Below are positions 40,916 through 53,245 of a stretch of DNA of 64,000 nucleotides, piece by piece; positions within the stretch are counted from its first letter, which is position 1; each line of letters begins with the position of its first letter. Location of the stretch: the NCBI GenBank assembly GCA_017510825.1, contig JAFWMA010000015.1, forward strand, positions 23,707-87,706, written 5' to 3'. Under the pieces are notes generated by a model. It had not been told where the DNA came from. It saw only the letters and a list, made by a program, of their open reading frames with translations, and ran no database searches. The translations under genes and the position numbers were made by a program. This stretch comes from Clostridia bacterium. Its GTDB lineage: Bacteria > Bacillota > Clostridia > TANB77 > CAG-508.

Positions 40916-42127
40916 TTAAATCCATTTATTAAACATCTCTTTAGTCTTTTTCAATCCATCAATCAATCTGTCAACATCATCCATAGTATTATATATATAA
41001 AAACTAGCTCTACAAGTTGATTCTAAATTCAAATATTTGTGAAGAGGTTGTGCGCAATGATTACCAGATCTAATACATACATTTTTGCTATCCAAAATAC
41101 TAGCAACATCGTGTGGGTGTATTCCTTTTAAATTAAAAGAAATAACTCCCGCCCTTTTTTCTAAATCTTTTGTTCCATATATTGTTATAAATTCTAATTT
41201 TGATAGTTCCTTCATTGCATACTCAAGAATTTTGTATTCATATTTATGGACATTATCCATTCCAATATTATTTAAATAATCAATTGCAGATTCAAAACCA
41301 ACAGCACCCTCAGCGTTTTGAGTTCCCGCTTCAAACTTTGCAGGAGCAGCTGCAAATGTTGTTTCTTGTTCATATACATATTCTATCATATCTCCACCAA
41401 AAAGAAAAGGAGGTATTTTATCTAGCAATTCTTTTTTCGCAAAAAGGACTCCAATTCCAAGTGGAGCAAGCATCTTGTGTCCTGAGAATACTAAAAAATC
41501 AACATCTAAATCTTGAACATCAATCTTCATATGAGGAACGCTTTGTGCACCATCAACAACAACAATTGCTCCAACTTCATGAGCCCTTTTTACTATTTCC
41601 TTAATAGGATTAATAGTTCCTAAAACATTAGATACTTGTGTAATAGCAACAATCTTTACACCAGGAATAATTTTAGACATTATTTCTTCTTCTGGTATTA
41701 TTCCTTCATCATTTATATACATATATTCTAGTTTAGCATTCCTTTTTTTAGCAACAAATTGCCAAGGGACAAGATTAGAATGGTGTTCCATAATTGAAAT
41801 AACAATTTTATCATTTTCACTAATATTATTCAGTCCATAAGAATATGCAATTAAGTTTAAACTTTCAGATGAATTTCTAGTAAAAACAATTTCTTCAGGT
41901 CTTTTAGCATTAATAAAATCAGCAACTTTTCGTCTAGCATTTTCATAAACTTCTGTTGCTCTAATACTTAATTTGTATGCACCTCTATGCGGATTCGCAT
42001 TGTCATTTCCATAATAATTGCTAATTGCCTCAATAACTTGCTTAGGTTTTTGTGTAGTTGCACCACTATCTAAATATGCTATTTCTCCACTTTCAAGAAG
42101 CGGAAAATCCTTTTTATAATTAATCAT
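40916..42127 (-). CDS. sufS: Cysteine desulfurase SufS
   Basis: YLDSGATTQKP, FSGHKML, RSGNHCAQP. Confidence 0.95.
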   Translation of the reverse strand: MINYKKDFPLLESGEIAYLDSGATTQKPKQVIEAISNYYGNDNANPHRGAYKLSIRATEVYENARRKVADFINAKRPEEIVFTRNSSESLNLIAYSYGLNNISENDKIVISIMEHHSNLVPWQFVAKKRNAKLEYMYINDEGIIPEEEIMSKIIPGVKIVAITQVSNVLGTINPIKEIVKRAHEVGAIVVVDGAQSVPHMKIDVQDLDVDFLVFSGHKMLAPLGIGVLFAKKELLDKIPPFLFGGDMIEYVYEQETTFAAAPAKFEAGTQNAEGAVGFESAIDYLNNIGMDNVHKYEYKILEYAMKELSKLEFITIYGTKDLEKRAGVISFNLKGIHPHDVASILDSKNVCIRSGNHCAQPLHKYLNLESTCRASFYIYNTMDDVDRLIDGLKKTKEMFNKWI

Positions 42128-42166
42128 ATTAATGTTTCCTCCATTTTTTTGAGTGATAAAAAACAT

Positions 42167-43225
42167 TTATATATATTTTTCAATAACACTATATATCTCG
42201 TTTTCTAATTCAATATTATTTATAGATTTTATAATTCCATTAAAATTAGCTTTTACAATAAGCCTTTTTGCATCATCATAAGATATTCCCTTAGTCATAA
42301 TATAAAAAATCATATTTTCATCCAATTTTCCAGATGATATACCATGCTCTCCATTAACATCTTCTTCATGGCATAAAAGCATAGGAAGAGATTTTGATTT
42401 AGCCTTATTTGAAAGAATCATACAATTTTCATTTTCAATACCTTCAGCTTTTGATGCACCCTTTTTAAAATCAATAGTTCCCTTAAAACTTTTAGATGAA
42501 CATCCTGTAAGCGCACCTTGTGATTCAATATTACATTTAGCATTTTTTCCTAATACTTCTATATTATAGTTTATGTCAATTATATCATTATCTGTTCCTA
42601 AATAAATACTTTTCAACTCATTTGTAGAATTATCCCCTAGCATTTTAGAATAATAATTTGAAATCTTATACTCTCCACCAATTTCAATTAATCTATGAGT
42701 TAAAAATGCACCATCTTTCAATTCGTTTTCAACTGCTATAAAACTCTTTGAATTGTTATTTATTAAATTTGCTATAGTTATATCCGCTATAGCATTCTCA
42801 CCTAATACAGTAACTTGTTTTAAATGATGAAAATTTTCATTTTCCAGCTCATTACAGTAATGTAAAATAAAACTAGCTTTTGAATTTTTTTCTAAATATA
42901 TTTCAATATTATCAATCAAATTATTATTATCTTCATCAAATAAATAATCCAAAACTATTGGTTTCTCAATTGTAGAGTTTTCAGGAATACGAATAACTAT
43001 TTTTGAATAGTTTTCAAACTCTAAACCTATATTACTTCTTAATTTTTTTAGTTGTCCAACATCAGATTCGATAATATCAACTTCAATTTTATTCAGCTCT
43101 TCGGTATAAATACTAAAATTATCAAAATACTTATATTGTGGAATATCTAAATTCAGTTTAATATCATTTATGCCGTAATTTTCTGATGTTCGAACAGGAG
43201 AACTATTTAAAATATATTCTTTCAT
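42167..43225 (-). CDS. sufD: Fe-S assembly protein SufD
   Basis: FKGTIDFKKGA, LLCHEEDVNGEHG; operon position. Confidence 0.88.
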   Translation of the reverse strand: MKEYILNSSPVRTSENYGINDIKLNLDIPQYKYFDNFSIYTEELNKIEVDIIESDVGQLKKLRSNIGLEFENYSKIVIRIPENSTIEKPIVLDYLFDEDNNNLIDNIEIYLEKNSKASFILHYCNELENENFHHLKQVTVLGENAIADITIANLINNNSKSFIAVENELKDGAFLTHRLIEIGGEYKISNYYSKMLGDNSTNELKSIYLGTDNDIIDINYNIEVLGKNAKCNIESQGALTGCSSKSFKGTIDFKKGASKAEGIENENCMILSNKAKSKSLPMLLCHEEDVNGEHGISSGKLDENMIFYIMTKGISYDDAKRLIVKANFNGIIKSINNIELENEIYSVIEKYI

Positions 43226-43269
43226 TATTTTTTCCTTTCTAGGTTACCAATAGGGACCTAAAAAAAGTA

Positions 43270-44676
43270 TTAGCCAATGCTTCCTTCTAATTCAATATTA
43301 ATTAAGTTATTCATTTCAACTGCATACTCTAATGGTAATGCCTTTGAAATAGGATTTGCAAATCCCCTTACAATCATAGCCTTTGCTTCTGCTTCTGAAA
43401 TTCCTCTTGACATCAAATAGAAAATAGCTTCATCAGAAATTTTTCCTATTTTTGCTTCATGTGAATATTGAACATCATCTGTTTCAATTGTGTTAGTTGG
43501 AATAGTATCAGAACGTGATTCACTATCAAGCATTAAAGACTCACAATCAACAGTTAACTTAGAATGTTTCGCTTTAGGTTTAATTAAAACATTGCTCCTA
43601 AATGTACATACTCCACCATCTTTTGAAATAGATTTAGAATCTACTACTGATGATGTGTTTTGTGCATTGTGAACAATTTTTAATCCAGTATCTAAATTTT
43701 GTCCTCTTCCAGCAAATGATATACCAGTAAATTCACATTTAGCATTCTTCCCATTTAAAACACTCATAGGATAAAGCATTGATATTTTAGAGCCAAATGA
43801 ACCTGTTACCCACTCAATCTTTCCATTTTCGCTAACAATAACTCTTTTTGTATTCAAGTTCATCATATTTTTTGACCAATTTTCAATCGTTGAATATCTC
43901 AAAAAAGCATTTTCTTTTACAAATAACTCTACACAACCAGCGTGTAAATTAATTTCATTATATTTTGGAGCAGAGCATCCTTCTATAAACTGAAGTGATG
44001 CTCCTTCATCTACAATTATCAACGTATGTTCAAATTGACCAGCTCCAGGTGCATTTAGTCTGAAATATGATTGAAGCGGAATATCAACATTTACCCCTTT
44101 TGGAACATAAACAAAAGAGCCTCCAGACCAAACAGCATAATGTAATGCTACAAATTTATGATCTGTAACTGGCACACATTTCATAAAATATTGTTTTACT
44201 AAATCAGGATATTTTTTTACTGCCTCATCAAAATCAGTATAAATAACACCTTGTTTAACTAATTCATCTTTTATACTATGATATACAATTTCAGAATCAT
44301 ATTGAGCTCCAACACCGGCCAAAGAAGTTTTCTCTGCTTCAGGAATTCCTAATGCGTCAAATGTGCTTTTAATTTCATCTGGAACATCATCCCATGTTCT
44401 TTGCATATTAGTTTTTGGCTTAACATAAGTTGCAATTTGGCTCATATCTAATTCACTTAAATCTGGACCCCATGTTGGCATTTGTAATTCATAAAATTTT
44501 TTAAGCGCCATTAATCTTAGTTCCAACACCCAACTAGATTCATTCTTTTTTTTAGATATATCTTTTATTACATCTTCAGTTAAACCTATTGTCTTGTAAC
44601 TATAATTTTCATGATTCTTTATATTATAAATATTTTTTATTTTATTATTTTCATATTTTGTTAAATCTGCTTTCAA
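43270..44676 (-). CDS. sufB: Fe-S assembly protein SufB
   Basis: GVGAQYDSE, QFEHTLII, IEGCSAP, HEAKIGKI. Confidence 0.96.
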   Translation of the reverse strand: MKADLTKYENNKIKNIYNIKNHENYSYKTIGLTEDVIKDISKKKNESSWVLELRLMALKKFYELQMPTWGPDLSELDMSQIATYVKPKTNMQRTWDDVPDEIKSTFDALGIPEAEKTSLAGVGAQYDSEIVYHSIKDELVKQGVIYTDFDEAVKKYPDLVKQYFMKCVPVTDHKFVALHYAVWSGGSFVYVPKGVNVDIPLQSYFRLNAPGAGQFEHTLIIVDEGASLQFIEGCSAPKYNEINLHAGCVELFVKENAFLRYSTIENWSKNMMNLNTKRVIVSENGKIEWVTGSFGSKISMLYPMSVLNGKNAKCEFTGISFAGRGQNLDTGLKIVHNAQNTSSVVDSKSISKDGGVCTFRSNVLIKPKAKHSKLTVDCESLMLDSESRSDTIPTNTIETDDVQYSHEAKIGKISDEAIFYLMSRGISEAEAKAMIVRGFANPISKALPLEYAVEMNNLINIELEGSIG

Positions 44677-44730
44677 TTTTTATTTATAAGCTCCTCTCAT
44701 ATAATGATTGAAAATTTAGAATTGCACCAG

Positions 44731-45462
44731 TTAAATGTATTTTGCATAACCTTCTTCCTCAATTTGTTCAGCTAAATTTGCGTCACCTGTTTTAACAATT
44801 TTTCCATCTACTAAAATGTGCACTTTATCTACTTTCAAATCATTTAATATTTTAGTTGAATGAGTAATTATCAAGACAGCATTATCATCATTTTTATACA
44901 TATTAATACCTTTTGAAACAGTTCTAATTGCATCAACATCAAGTCCAGAATCTGTTTCATCAAGTATTGCAAGCTTAGGGTTCAAAGTAAGCATTTGAAG
45001 TATTTCATTCTTCTTTTTTTCTCCACCAGAAAATCCAACATTTAAATCTCTTGTACTATATGATGGATTCATATCAAGTTTTTTCATATTTTCTTCTAAC
45101 TCTTTTTTAAACTTAAATATTTTAACTGGCTCACCTGTTCTTGATGATTGAGCTGTTTTTAAAAAATTAGTGACAGAAATTCCTGGAACTTCTTCCGGTG
45201 TTTGAAAAGACATAAAAATCCCCTTTTTTGCTCTCTCATCTGTTTTTAATTTATTTATATTTTCTCCATCAAATTCAATATTACCTTTGATTACATTGTA
45301 CTGTGGATTATCTAAAATAATATTAGCTAAAGTAGACTTTCCAGCTCCATTTGGTCCCATAATAACATGAATCTCACCTTTATTAATTTCAAGATTTAAT
45401 CCTTTCAATATTTCTTTTTCGCCTGCATTAGCATATAAATTTTTTATTGTTAATAGATTCAT
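44731..45462 (-). CDS. sufC: Fe-S assembly ATPase SufC
   Basis: GPNGAGKST, GFSGGEKKKNEILQM, LDETDSGLD. Confidence 0.96.
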   Translation of the reverse strand: MNLLTIKNLYANAGEKEILKGLNLEINKGEIHVIMGPNGAGKSTLANIILDNPQYNVIKGNIEFDGENINKLKTDERAKKGIFMSFQTPEEVPGISVTNFLKTAQSSRTGEPVKIFKFKKELEENMKKLDMNPSYSTRDLNVGFSGGEKKKNEILQMLTLNPKLAILDETDSGLDVDAIRTVSKGINMYKNDDNAVLIITHSTKILNDLKVDKVHILVDGKIVKTGDANLAEQIEEEGYAKYI

Positions 45463-45482
45463 TTTTTATACCTTTCTATGTA

Positions 45483-45506
45483 AAATGTTAGTCTAAACTA
45501 ACATTT
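45483..45506. promoter_or_regulatory. Candidate operator upstream of the suf operon
   Basis: Perfect 10-4-10 palindrome AAATGTTAGT-ctaa-ACTAACATTT. Confidence 0.5.
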
Positions 45507-45567
45507 ATTATCATATCATTTTTATTAGTTAAAGTCAATACAATAGCACTATAATTGTATTAGTTCA

Positions 45568-46017
45568 TTATCTATCTATCTCATCACTTTCTCTTTTATT
45601 GCAATTTTGCCCTTCAATGTTTTCAATCATTTCAACACATCTTTTATATACAATAGAATCCTCTCCGTATCGTCCCTTGATGTCTTCTAGTCTTTTTTCA
45701 TAGCCAACATCATTTCCATATTTATCAATCTGCATATCAGCTTGGTTTAAAATTTTTAAATATAAAGAATCATATTCATTTGTTAGCATTCCATGATAAT
45801 ACACCTCTCTCCAATATTTGTAACCACTTTTTCTTAGAATTACTCCACCAATTTTATTATGGTCAACTCCATCTTTTGAAAACTCATAACCAACATCATG
45901 ATTAAGTCCAAGCACAAATAAATCTTCTAATTCTCCTTTTTCTAATCCCATATTTGAACCAATTTCTTGCATTTTCTTAGCAACACTATGTGAATGTTTT
46001 AATCTATCAATATCCAT
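45568..46017 (-). CDS. HD-domain-like protein
   Basis: HSHSVA...LNHDVG pattern. Confidence 0.6.
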   Translation of the reverse strand: MDIDRLKHSHSVAKKMQEIGSNMGLEKGELEDLFVLGLNHDVGYEFSKDGVDHNKIGGVILRKSGYKYWREVYYHGMLTNEYDSLYLKILNQADMQIDKYGNDVGYEKRLEDIKGRYGEDSIVYKRCVEMIENIEGQNCNKRESDEIDR

Positions 46018-46058
46018 AAAAACTCCTTTATCCAACTCATATATTATATTAAAAAAGT

Positions 46059-47675
<1,617 letters not shown>

Positions 47676-47822
47676 TCATCCCCAAAAATATCTCTTAATT
47701 TTTCTATAAAAGTAAATCATTCCTATTATAGAAAAAAGAGTTAAAACAAAAGACCTTTTTAGGGGTTTTTTTTAACTCTATAATATCTTTATAACACAGT
47801 TAATAATAATAGTCAATATTTT

Positions 47823-49031
47823 CTATATTTTTTTAACAAAGTTTTTTATTCTTTCCATTGCTTCAATTGTACTTTCATGAGTTCCAAAAGCACTCAATCT
47901 AATATATCCCTCTCCTTCAGTTCCAAAACCACTACCAGGAGTTGTAACAACATTTACCTTATTTAATAACAAATCAAAATACTCCCATGATGTATATCCA
48001 ATTGGAACTTTAAACCAAACATATGGAGAATTAACCCCTCCATATGTTTCATATCCAGCTTGTATCAAACTTTCTCTCATTATTTTACAATTATATTTAT
48101 AATAGTTTATACTTTCAGATATCTGTTTTTGCCCTTTTTCAGTATATAATGCCTCAGCACCTTTTTGTGAAATATATGAAGCTCCATTAAATTTTGTACA
48201 TTGCCTTCTATTCCATAGTGAATTCAGTTTTATCTCTTTATCACTTAAATCATAAGCACATACTTCCCTAGGTACTACAGTATACCCACAACGAACTCCT
48301 GTAAAACCTGCATTCTTTGAATAACTTCTAAATTCAATAGCTACTTTTTTAGCTCCGTCAATCTCATATATACTATGAGGAATATCATCTTCTTCAATAT
48401 ATTTTTCATATGCATTATCAAATAAAATTAAGGACTTTTCTTTAATTGCATAATCTACCCATCTCTTTAATTCAGTTTTTGTCAAAGCAGTACCAGTAGG
48501 GTTATTGGGCATACATATATATATTAAGTCAATATTTCGAGTTGGCAAACTTGGTGTAAAATTATTTTCTGCTGAAAAAGGAATATAAACTATATTAACT
48601 CTTCCAGACATCAAACTAACATCTAAATACTCAGGATATACAGGATTTGCAATTCCTACACTAATATTCTCACTTAGCAAATCTCCAAAGTTTCCTATAT
48701 CTGAAGCAATACCATCTGAAATAAAAATCTCATCTTTATCAATCATAATTGAATTCTTTTTATAATCCCATTTTGATATCTTCTCTCTTAAAAAATCATA
48801 TCCGATTTCTGGTCCATATCCCTTAAAGCTATCCTTGTTAGATAAATCATCAACTGCACTATGCATTGCATCTATTACACAACTAGGAAGTGGAAGTGTA
48901 ACATCTCCAATTCCTAATTTAATTATATTAGCATCTGGGTTCATTTCTTTAAAATGATTTGTTCTTTTAGCTATTTCTGTAAATAAATAATTATCCTTTA
49001 AATTTAAAAAATTTTCATTTACTCTAATCAT
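47823..49031 (-). CDS. dapL: LL-diaminopimelate aminotransferase
   Basis: IIKLGIGDVT, GYGPEIGY, FRSYSKNAGFTGVRCG. Confidence 0.92.
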   Translation of the reverse strand: MIRVNENFLNLKDNYLFTEIAKRTNHFKEMNPDANIIKLGIGDVTLPLPSCVIDAMHSAVDDLSNKDSFKGYGPEIGYDFLREKISKWDYKKNSIMIDKDEIFISDGIASDIGNFGDLLSENISVGIANPVYPEYLDVSLMSGRVNIVYIPFSAENNFTPSLPTRNIDLIYICMPNNPTGTALTKTELKRWVDYAIKEKSLILFDNAYEKYIEEDDIPHSIYEIDGAKKVAIEFRSYSKNAGFTGVRCGYTVVPREVCAYDLSDKEIKLNSLWNRRQCTKFNGASYISQKGAEALYTEKGQKQISESINYYKYNCKIMRESLIQAGYETYGGVNSPYVWFKVPIGYTSWEYFDLLLNKVNVVTTPGSGFGTEGEGYIRLSAFGTHESTIEAMERIKNFVKKI

Positions 49032-49890
49032 AATAAACTCCTTCATATACAAATTTCGCTGGGCCTGTCATATAAACATATTCATCCCATTTTATACTCA
49101 AATCCCCGCCTAATAGCTTAACAACCACATTTTGATTAGTATTTACTAAATTATTCAATATACAAGCAACAGCAGATGCTGAAGCTCCTGTTCCACATGC
49201 TAGAGTTTCACCAGCACCACGTTCCCAAACTCTCATTTTTATTGTATTATCATCAATTATTTCAATAAATTCTACATTAACCTTTTTTGGAAAATGATTA
49301 TCCCTTTCAATGATTTCTCCATATTTTTTTACATCAAAGTTATCAACATCATTAACAATAGTAATGGCATGAGGATTTCCCATTGAAATACAAGTAAATT
49401 CAAACACTTTATTCAAAGCAGAAATTTTAACATGAGGAATCTTTTCCTTAAAAAAACTACTATCAATCTTTTTATCTGGAATGCAAGGTATCAATTTTTC
49501 ATCAAAAATTGGCTTTCCCATATTAACAGTAACACTAGTTACCATATGTTCTTGTACATTCATATTTAACTTCTTAATACCTGCTAATGTTTCAATAGTA
49601 ATATTTTTTTCATTAATTAGTTCTTTATCATATACATATTTTCCAACACAACGTATTCCATTTCCACACATTTCAGCTTGAGAACCATCTTTATTATACA
49701 TATTCATTTTAAAATCTGCAATATTACTTCTGCATATTAATATTACACCATCTGAACCTATTCCAAAATGTTCCTGACTCATTTTAGGAACTAACTTAAC
49801 TATCCTCTTTATTTCTTCTTCTGATTTATTAATGCAATTTATATATACATAATCATTGCCCAACCCTTCCATTTTTGAAAATTCAATCAC
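49024..49890 (-). CDS. dapF: Diaminopimelate epimerase
   Basis: KMEGLGNDY, EMCGNGIRC, SMGNPH, ERGAGETLACGTG. Confidence 0.96.
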   Translation of the reverse strand: MIEFSKMEGLGNDYVYINCINKSEEEIKRIVKLVPKMSQEHFGIGSDGVILICRSNIADFKMNMYNKDGSQAEMCGNGIRCVGKYVYDKELINEKNITIETLAGIKKLNMNVQEHMVTSVTVNMGKPIFDEKLIPCIPDKKIDSSFFKEKIPHVKISALNKVFEFTCISMGNPHAITIVNDVDNFDVKKYGEIIERDNHFPKKVNVEFIEIIDDNTIKMRVWERGAGETLACGTGASASAVACILNNLVNTNQNVVVKLLGGDLSIKWDEYVYMTGPAKFVYEGVYYD

Positions 49891-50200
49891 TACAATATTC
49901 CTCCATAAAAATTCATTTATAATTATGAAACTTAATCATTATGCTATACTATTCGTATTATATCATAAAATGCTTATAAATAAAGTATTAATTTATGTAA
50001 AATTTATTATTTTCTAAAAAGATATTGCAACATCTTTATACTCTTCTTCCAATTCTTAAAAACTAGTAAAAGATTTTGAAAATGAAACTCGCATATTTAT
50101 TGCCCCAGTAAAACAAATGAAAAAAAAAGAGAATTAAGCTATGACAGGTAAAAAAAGACCCCTCACACGAGAGGAAGAATATTTTTCTTTGCTTTGAGTA

Positions 50201-50437
50201 TTAAACACTTTTCCATCTAGAATTGACGAGTGAAGAGATTCCAATTGGAATTGTAATGTCTACGACTGATTTTAACCAAGTTGATTTGTCTAACAGAACA
50301 CCAACAGCAAATGCAGATATGACAAATACCAAGAATATAAGTATAGCATTATACAGAATAGTTCCTTTAATTCCTGTATTGGTCTTATTGAACGATTTGG
50401 CTATAAAACAATCAATCATCCAAAATATAGTCCACAT
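50201..50437 (-). CDS. Small putative membrane protein or fragment
   Basis: 78 aa, hydrophobic; minus-strand terminator-like hairpin at ~50150-50176; no clear RBS. Confidence 0.35.
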   Translation of the reverse strand: MWTIFWMIDCFIAKSFNKTNTGIKGTILYNAILIFLVFVISAFAVGVLLDKSTWLKSVVDITIPIGISSLVNSRWKSV

Positions 50438-50608
50438 TACTGAAGAGTTTGCCTATATCATTGGTGCCAACGACGTAGATATTTACAACTCGTTAGCTCT
50501 CTTGACGATTGATATAAAATCAATCAAGTTATAAGTATATTATCAAATTATTTTATAAAAATCAAGTGAATTTTGAAAAAGCTTTTGCGAAAATTTGTTT
50601 CTTTTCTG

Positions 50609-50637
50609 TTGCTTTATTGTAAAATCTATGTTAAACT
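50609..50637 (+). promoter_or_regulatory. sigmaA promoter of putative toxin mRNA
   Basis: TTGCTT-17 bp-TAAACT with extended -10 TG. Confidence 0.6.
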
Positions 50638-50712
50638 AACTAACATGGGAAATGGCGATAAACAGATGTGGTTTTGCCACCAATTGTACGAAATATCGTA
50701 GGAGAAGTGGTG

Positions 50713-50832
50713 ATGTTTATGGTTAAAGTGATACTATTTTTTATAATATCCTTAATGTTATCTTTAACATTAAACGTTGCCTTGACAGCAGTTCTATATA
50801 AGAACTGGGTTGATAAGCAACTACATAAATAA
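50713..50832 (+). CDS. Putative type I toxin, 39 aa MFMVKVILFFIISLMLSLTLNVALTAVLYKNWVDKQLHK
   Basis: AGGAG-containing RBS region, single TM helix plus charged C-terminus, antisense-RNA architecture; below ORF-track cutoff. Confidence 0.72.
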   Translation: MFMVKVILFFIISLMLSLTLNVALTAVLYKNWVDKQLHK

Positions 50833-50921
50833 AAAAAGCTCACATCTGTAACTTTGGCGAGTTAGGTGTGAGTTTTTCAAATCTAATCGGCAAAACCACG
50901 TTTGTGGAATTGTCATTTCCT
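50830..50921 (-). ncRNA. Putative type I antitoxin sRNA (~90 nt)
   Basis: Consensus promoter at 50928-50956; ends in hairpin 50837-50873 plus U-run; overlaps toxin 3' UTR. Confidence 0.6.
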
Positions 50922-50927
50922 ATATTT

Positions 50928-50956
50928 ATTATACACAGATAATTGTTAAATGTCAA
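50928..50956 (-). promoter_or_regulatory. sigmaA promoter of putative antitoxin
   Basis: TTGACA-17 bp-TATAAT. Confidence 0.75.
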
Positions 50957-50969
50957 CATTTTTAAAGTT

Positions 50970-52181
50970 CTATCCTGTTTTTTTGTATTTTTTATATCCC
51001 ATATAAGTAAAAGTTACTATAGCAATACTAGATATTAATAAAACAAATATTATCTGATTTTCCCCTGTTTTAGGAAGTATTGTAGGAGAAGTTGTTTGGT
51101 CACCTTTTGTTGTTGGACTATCTGAACTACCTGGATTTGTAGATTCACTTGAATTTCCAGGCTTTTCTGGCGATTTAGTAGAATCTTTAACATTCAAATC
51201 ATAGCTAGCTGAGTATGTTTTTCCATTATAGCTTAAAGTTGCTATTATTTTTGTTTTACCTACTGACAAATATTTTACAGTAGCAACAGCATCTGCCCAA
51301 CTTTTATCATATTCTGTTTTAGTTATTTGAGCAATATTTTCATTTTCTATTTTAAATTTAATATTCTCTTTTTCGGTTTTTGGAATATTTTCTAGACCTA
51401 CATTAAATTTATCCTCGTGATTTAGAATCATACTAGGTCCTGGGTCATCATAATAAAATCTAATTTTTGATTCTTCTGAACTATTATTTTCATCTTTAAC
51501 TTCTATATTACATGAAGCATTAATTGTTACTCCTTCATTAGTCTGATATTTAGCCGTTATAGTTGCTGTTCCTTTTCCAATACCAGTAACCAAACCATTA
51601 TTGTCAACTCTTGCAACATTTTCATTATTACTTGACCATATTACTCCTTTTGATGAAATATCTCCAACACGAGTTGCCATTCCTGCAAATAAAATTGCAT
51701 ATAATTTTAAGTTTTCGTTCTTTTTTATACTCGTATCTTCTAAATTTAACCCATCTTCACGACGAAGTGATATCCTATAATTTGTTTCATGAACAGTTGT
51801 TGTAATTTTACTTGTATAGTTAGAACCATTATATGTTAAGCTTGCAATTATATCTGTTGTCCCTAATTTTTTTCCTTTAATTTTGGCTGTAATTACAGGA
51901 TTAGAACTATCTCCATAAACCAGCTCTTGTATTTCTGCAATATCTTCATCTTTTACAGTTAAACTGATATTTTCTTTTTCACTAACAGGAATATTTCTTA
52001 TACTAACATAACATGTTTTTGTATTATACAATGTTAAAAAATCATCGTCTTCATAGTCATCGCCAAAACCATATAAAAATATTTCACTTTGTTGATCATT
52101 TGCAGCATAAGAATTTATATTAAATGTTAAAATTATCATTAAAATCACTAATACTAAACAAATAATTTCTTTACTTTTCAT
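50970..52181 (-). CDS. Ig-like (Big_2) domain surface protein, LPXTG-anchored
   Basis: Signal peptide, VIWSSNNENVARVDNNGLVTGIGKGTATITA Big_2 motif, internal duplicated domain, LPKTG + TM + basic tail. Confidence 0.88.
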   Translation of the reverse strand: MKSKEIICLVLVILMIILTFNINSYAANDQQSEIFLYGFGDDYEDDDFLTLYNTKTCYVSIRNIPVSEKENISLTVKDEDIAEIQELVYGDSSNPVITAKIKGKKLGTTDIIASLTYNGSNYTSKITTTVHETNYRISLRREDGLNLEDTSIKKNENLKLYAILFAGMATRVGDISSKGVIWSSNNENVARVDNNGLVTGIGKGTATITAKYQTNEGVTINASCNIEVKDENNSSEESKIRFYYDDPGPSMILNHEDKFNVGLENIPKTEKENIKFKIENENIAQITKTEYDKSWADAVATVKYLSVGKTKIIATLSYNGKTYSASYDLNVKDSTKSPEKPGNSSESTNPGSSDSPTTKGDQTTSPTILPKTGENQIIFVLLISSIAIVTFTYMGYKKYKKTG

Positions 52182-52313
52182 AAATAAAACTCCCTTTTTT
52201 ACTTTTGTTTTTCATACACTACTTCATTATTTATTTTGACACAAATCCCTAAAGTTTGCAAGCATTTTTAGTAGATATTTTAAATATTTTTGCTATTTTC
52301 TATGTTACTAATA

Positions 52314-53144
<831 letters not shown>

Positions 53145-53179
53145 CTAACAAAAAAGAGACATCAAAGAAAACACACAAG

Positions 53180-53245
53180 TTATCCTTGACATCTCTTAAA
53201 TCTGTTTATATTACAATATATTTTCTTGGAACAAACCCAAAACAT
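53180..53245 (-). CDS. Candidate 21-aa leader peptide MFWVCSKKIYCNINRFKRCQG
   Basis: AGGAG 8 nt upstream; overlaps the 5' arm of the terminator hairpin (53149-53197) preceding the recombinase. Confidence 0.35.
   Translation of the reverse strand: MFWVCSKKIYCNINRFKRCQG

Noticed and set aside
50640-50843. 67-aa minus-strand ORF
   Set aside because: Antisense of the putative toxin with no RBS; begins inside the terminator hairpin
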